Both the position numbers and the translations under genes were made by a program. Below the pieces are notes generated by a model. It saw only the letters and a list, made by a program, of their open reading frames with translations, ran no database searches and was not told the origin of the DNA. A DNA stretch of 64,000 bases from Nitrosopumilus sp. (lineage in GTDB: Archaea; Thermoproteota; Nitrososphaeria; Nitrososphaerales; Nitrosopumilaceae): positions 1,344,001 to 1,408,000 of the forward strand of contig CBDBLO010000002.1 in assembly GCA_965207075.1 (NCBI GenBank). The letters run 5' to 3'. Below are positions 62,044 through 64,000 of this stretch, piece by piece (the first letter of the stretch is position 1; each line of letters begins with the position of its first letter).

Positions 62044-62151
62044 GAACGGCGTCTACCAGATATACCGATACATCATCTCCCGAATTTGCAAGAGCGCGAA
62101 ACCGACGCATTTATTTGTACACCCATGCCCCCACTTTCATAAGAGACGAGT

Positions 62152-64000
62152 ATGATACTTGATGCCCTGCGCCCGATCAAGACGAATGCAACCTCATCTA
62201 TTACAATTGCGCTGATCGCGTTTGCGCTGTGCGCCATACCTGCGTTTGTAACCGATGCAGAGGCCCAAGTGCGCACAGCATATGATCTTGAGAGCATAGA
62301 GTCGCGGGTTCAGGCAGAGGTAACACGTGTAGTGGATCTGTACTCGGAACAGGGTGAGGCGGCATTCGACACGATCACGCCTGCAGGAGTGTCAAACGTC
62401 AACAAGATAATTCCGTTTGTCGTAGATGCCAGAACCCTGGAGATCAAGGCGCACGGGGCAGTTCCAAATTTTGTCGGACAGACTGCACAAGGTCTGACCA
62501 GGGCAGACATACCCTACAGGGATATTCTCGCCGACCTGCGGGATGGCGAGGTGTGGATAGAGCACATCGGCATAAACCCGGCCAATGGCCAAAACCAGGC
62601 AAAGCGGACCCTGCTGCAACTGCACGACGGCTACATATTTGCCGCCGGCCACTACCTCGCAGACTCCGAGGTCCAACAGTTTGTAGAGGACACGGTGCGG
62701 CTATACGAGTCTCATGGAAGAGGAGCCTTTGATCGAATCACCCCCGACGCGCCAATCATAACAGACGCGCTATACCCGTTTGTGATACGCGCTAGTGACT
62801 GGACCAGGGTGGCAGACGGCGTCGTGCCCGCCCGGGTCAATCAGCCTGAGACCATACTGGACACGTCTCCAAGATCAGTCACTAACGTGCTTGCCGACCT
62901 GAGGGCCAACGGCGGCACGTGGGTGACGTATACGTTTCACAATCCGGCCACGGACATAGAGCAGCTCAAGCGCACGTGGCTCTACCTGCACGACGGCTAT
63001 GTGTTCGGATCCGGATACTATCCGCACGACTCCACGGCCCAGTCACTGGTGGATTCGGCCATAATCCTGTATACGGCACGCGGTGTGGGGGCGTTTAACC
63101 TCATAACGCCGGATGCGCCCGATCCGTTCTCGACGAGGTCCACCTTTGTGCTTGATGCCGAGACCTTGGAGATAAGGGCCCATGGCAGATCACCCGGGCT
63201 GGTGGGCACGATCGACACGCACCTTGCGTCGGCAGACATATCCTTGGATCGAATCAACGAAAGGTTGGACGCCGAGAAAGGCATCTGGATATGGCACATG
63301 GCCCGAAATCCCGCCACCCAGACAGACCAGCTTACCCACACCTACCTGTCTTTGCGCGACGGGTACATCTTTGGCGCCGGCTACTCGCTGCCCGATATCA
63401 GGCTGCAGTCCGTGGTCGACGACGCGATATTCACATACAGGAACAACCCCCAGACCGGCTTTGAGACGATAAGCTCCGGGGAGATCAACAGGATAGACGT
63501 CTTTCCGGTAGTCAGAAACGCGACACACATAGTTGCGCACGGCGCAGTGCCCGGCCTGATCGGGACGTCGCCCCAGGTGGAGGGATTAAGGAATTTCGAA
63601 GAGGCGAGAGAGGCGCTCATAAGAAGCGGGGGATCGCTGTGGTCGCAATTTTCATTTGTCAACCCGCTTACAGGTACGGAGCAGATCCAGCGCACCTTTT
63701 GGATGTTTTATGACTCCTATCTGTTCGGGGCGACATACATCGTTTCAGATGCCGACGCACAGTCGGTCACCGACTATGCGAGGTTTATTTACGAATCCAA
63801 CCGGGAGAACGACGCGTGGATCGACATCATAACGCCTGATGCGCCCATCAGGACGGACGCGCTCTACCCGTTCGTGATAAACGCGTCCACCTGGACCAGG
63901 CTGGCAGACGGCGTCGTGCCCGCCCGGGTCGGGCAGCCCGAGACCATACTGGACACGTCTGCAAGATCAGTCGAGGACGTGCTTGCCGACCTGAGGGCCA
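62152..64000 (+). CDS. Secreted tandem-Cache-domain array protein, at least 5 domains (3' end outside the window)
   Basis: Not in the ORF track because it has no stop. Manual translation MILDALRPIKTNATSSITIALIAFALCAIPAFVTDAEAQ, then ~121-aa repeats with PFV...AHG/ADG...NPAT....K...HDGY.F..GYY; open to base 64000. Confidence 0.88.
   Translation, partial: MILDALRPIKTNATSSITIALIAFALCAIPAFVTDAEAQVRTAYDLESIESRVQAEVTRVVDLYSEQGEAAFDTITPAGVSNVNKIIPFVVDARTLEIKAHGAVPNFVGQTAQGLTRADIPYRDILADLRDGEVWIEHIGINPANGQNQAKRTLLQLHDGYIFAAGHYLADSEVQQFVEDTVRLYESHGRGAFDRITPDAPIITDALYPFVIRASDWTRVADGVVPARVNQPETILDTSPRSVTNVLADLRANGGTWVTYTFHNPATDIEQLKRTWLYLHDGYVFGSGYYPHDSTAQSLVDSAIILYTARGVGAFNLITPDAPDPFSTRSTFVLDAETLEIRAHGRSPGLVGTIDTHLASADISLDRINERLDAEKGIWIWHMARNPATQTDQLTHTYLSLRDGYIFGAGYSLPDIRLQSVVDDAIFTYRNNPQTGFETISSGEINRIDVFPVVRNATHIVAHGAVPGLIGTSPQVEGLRNFEEAREALIRSGGSLWSQFSFVNPLTGTEQIQRTFWMFYDSYLFGATYIVSDADAQSVTDYARFIYESNRENDAWIDIITPDAPIRTDALYPFVINASTWTRLADGVVPARVGQPETILDTSARSVEDVLADLRA

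Overview
A 64 kb segment of a GC-rich archaeal chromosome (roughly 60%+ GC by eye). Gene content and protein sequences point to an ammonia-oxidising archaeon (Nitrososphaerota, Nitrosopumilaceae); the high GC suggests a Cenarchaeum-like host-associated lineage, which is inference. The backbone is housekeeping: trkH, ilvA, purE/purK, an LLM oxidoreductase-thiolase-DUF35 cluster, thrC, a liv-type ABC transporter, psmA, an ESCRT-III (CdvB) paralog, ccdA/redoxin, bioFBAD, HMG-CoA synthase, type II GAPDH, a CNNM/hemolysin-family gene and the rpl3-rpl6 ribosomal cluster. No CRISPR array, rRNA or tRNA was recognised. Unusual items: (1) a co-oriented trio at 12.5-17.8 kb made of a LeuA-like synthase lacking the regulatory domain and with a remodelled active site, an IlvE-like transaminase with altered pocket motifs, and a secreted protein of four tandem Cache domains plus a solute-binding domain with no signalling output; (2) a second secreted tandem-Cache array of at least 5 domains running off the right end; (3) a LivK-like protein made of two near-identical 1146-bp copies whose differences include the ligand-binding motifs; (4) a type IV-like toxin-antitoxin pair with a pseudogenised toxin; (5) several microproteins below the ORF-track cut-off; (6) widespread low-complexity insertions in ribosomal proteins and enzymes. 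Family assignments come from motif recognition and memory of homologues, not from database searches.
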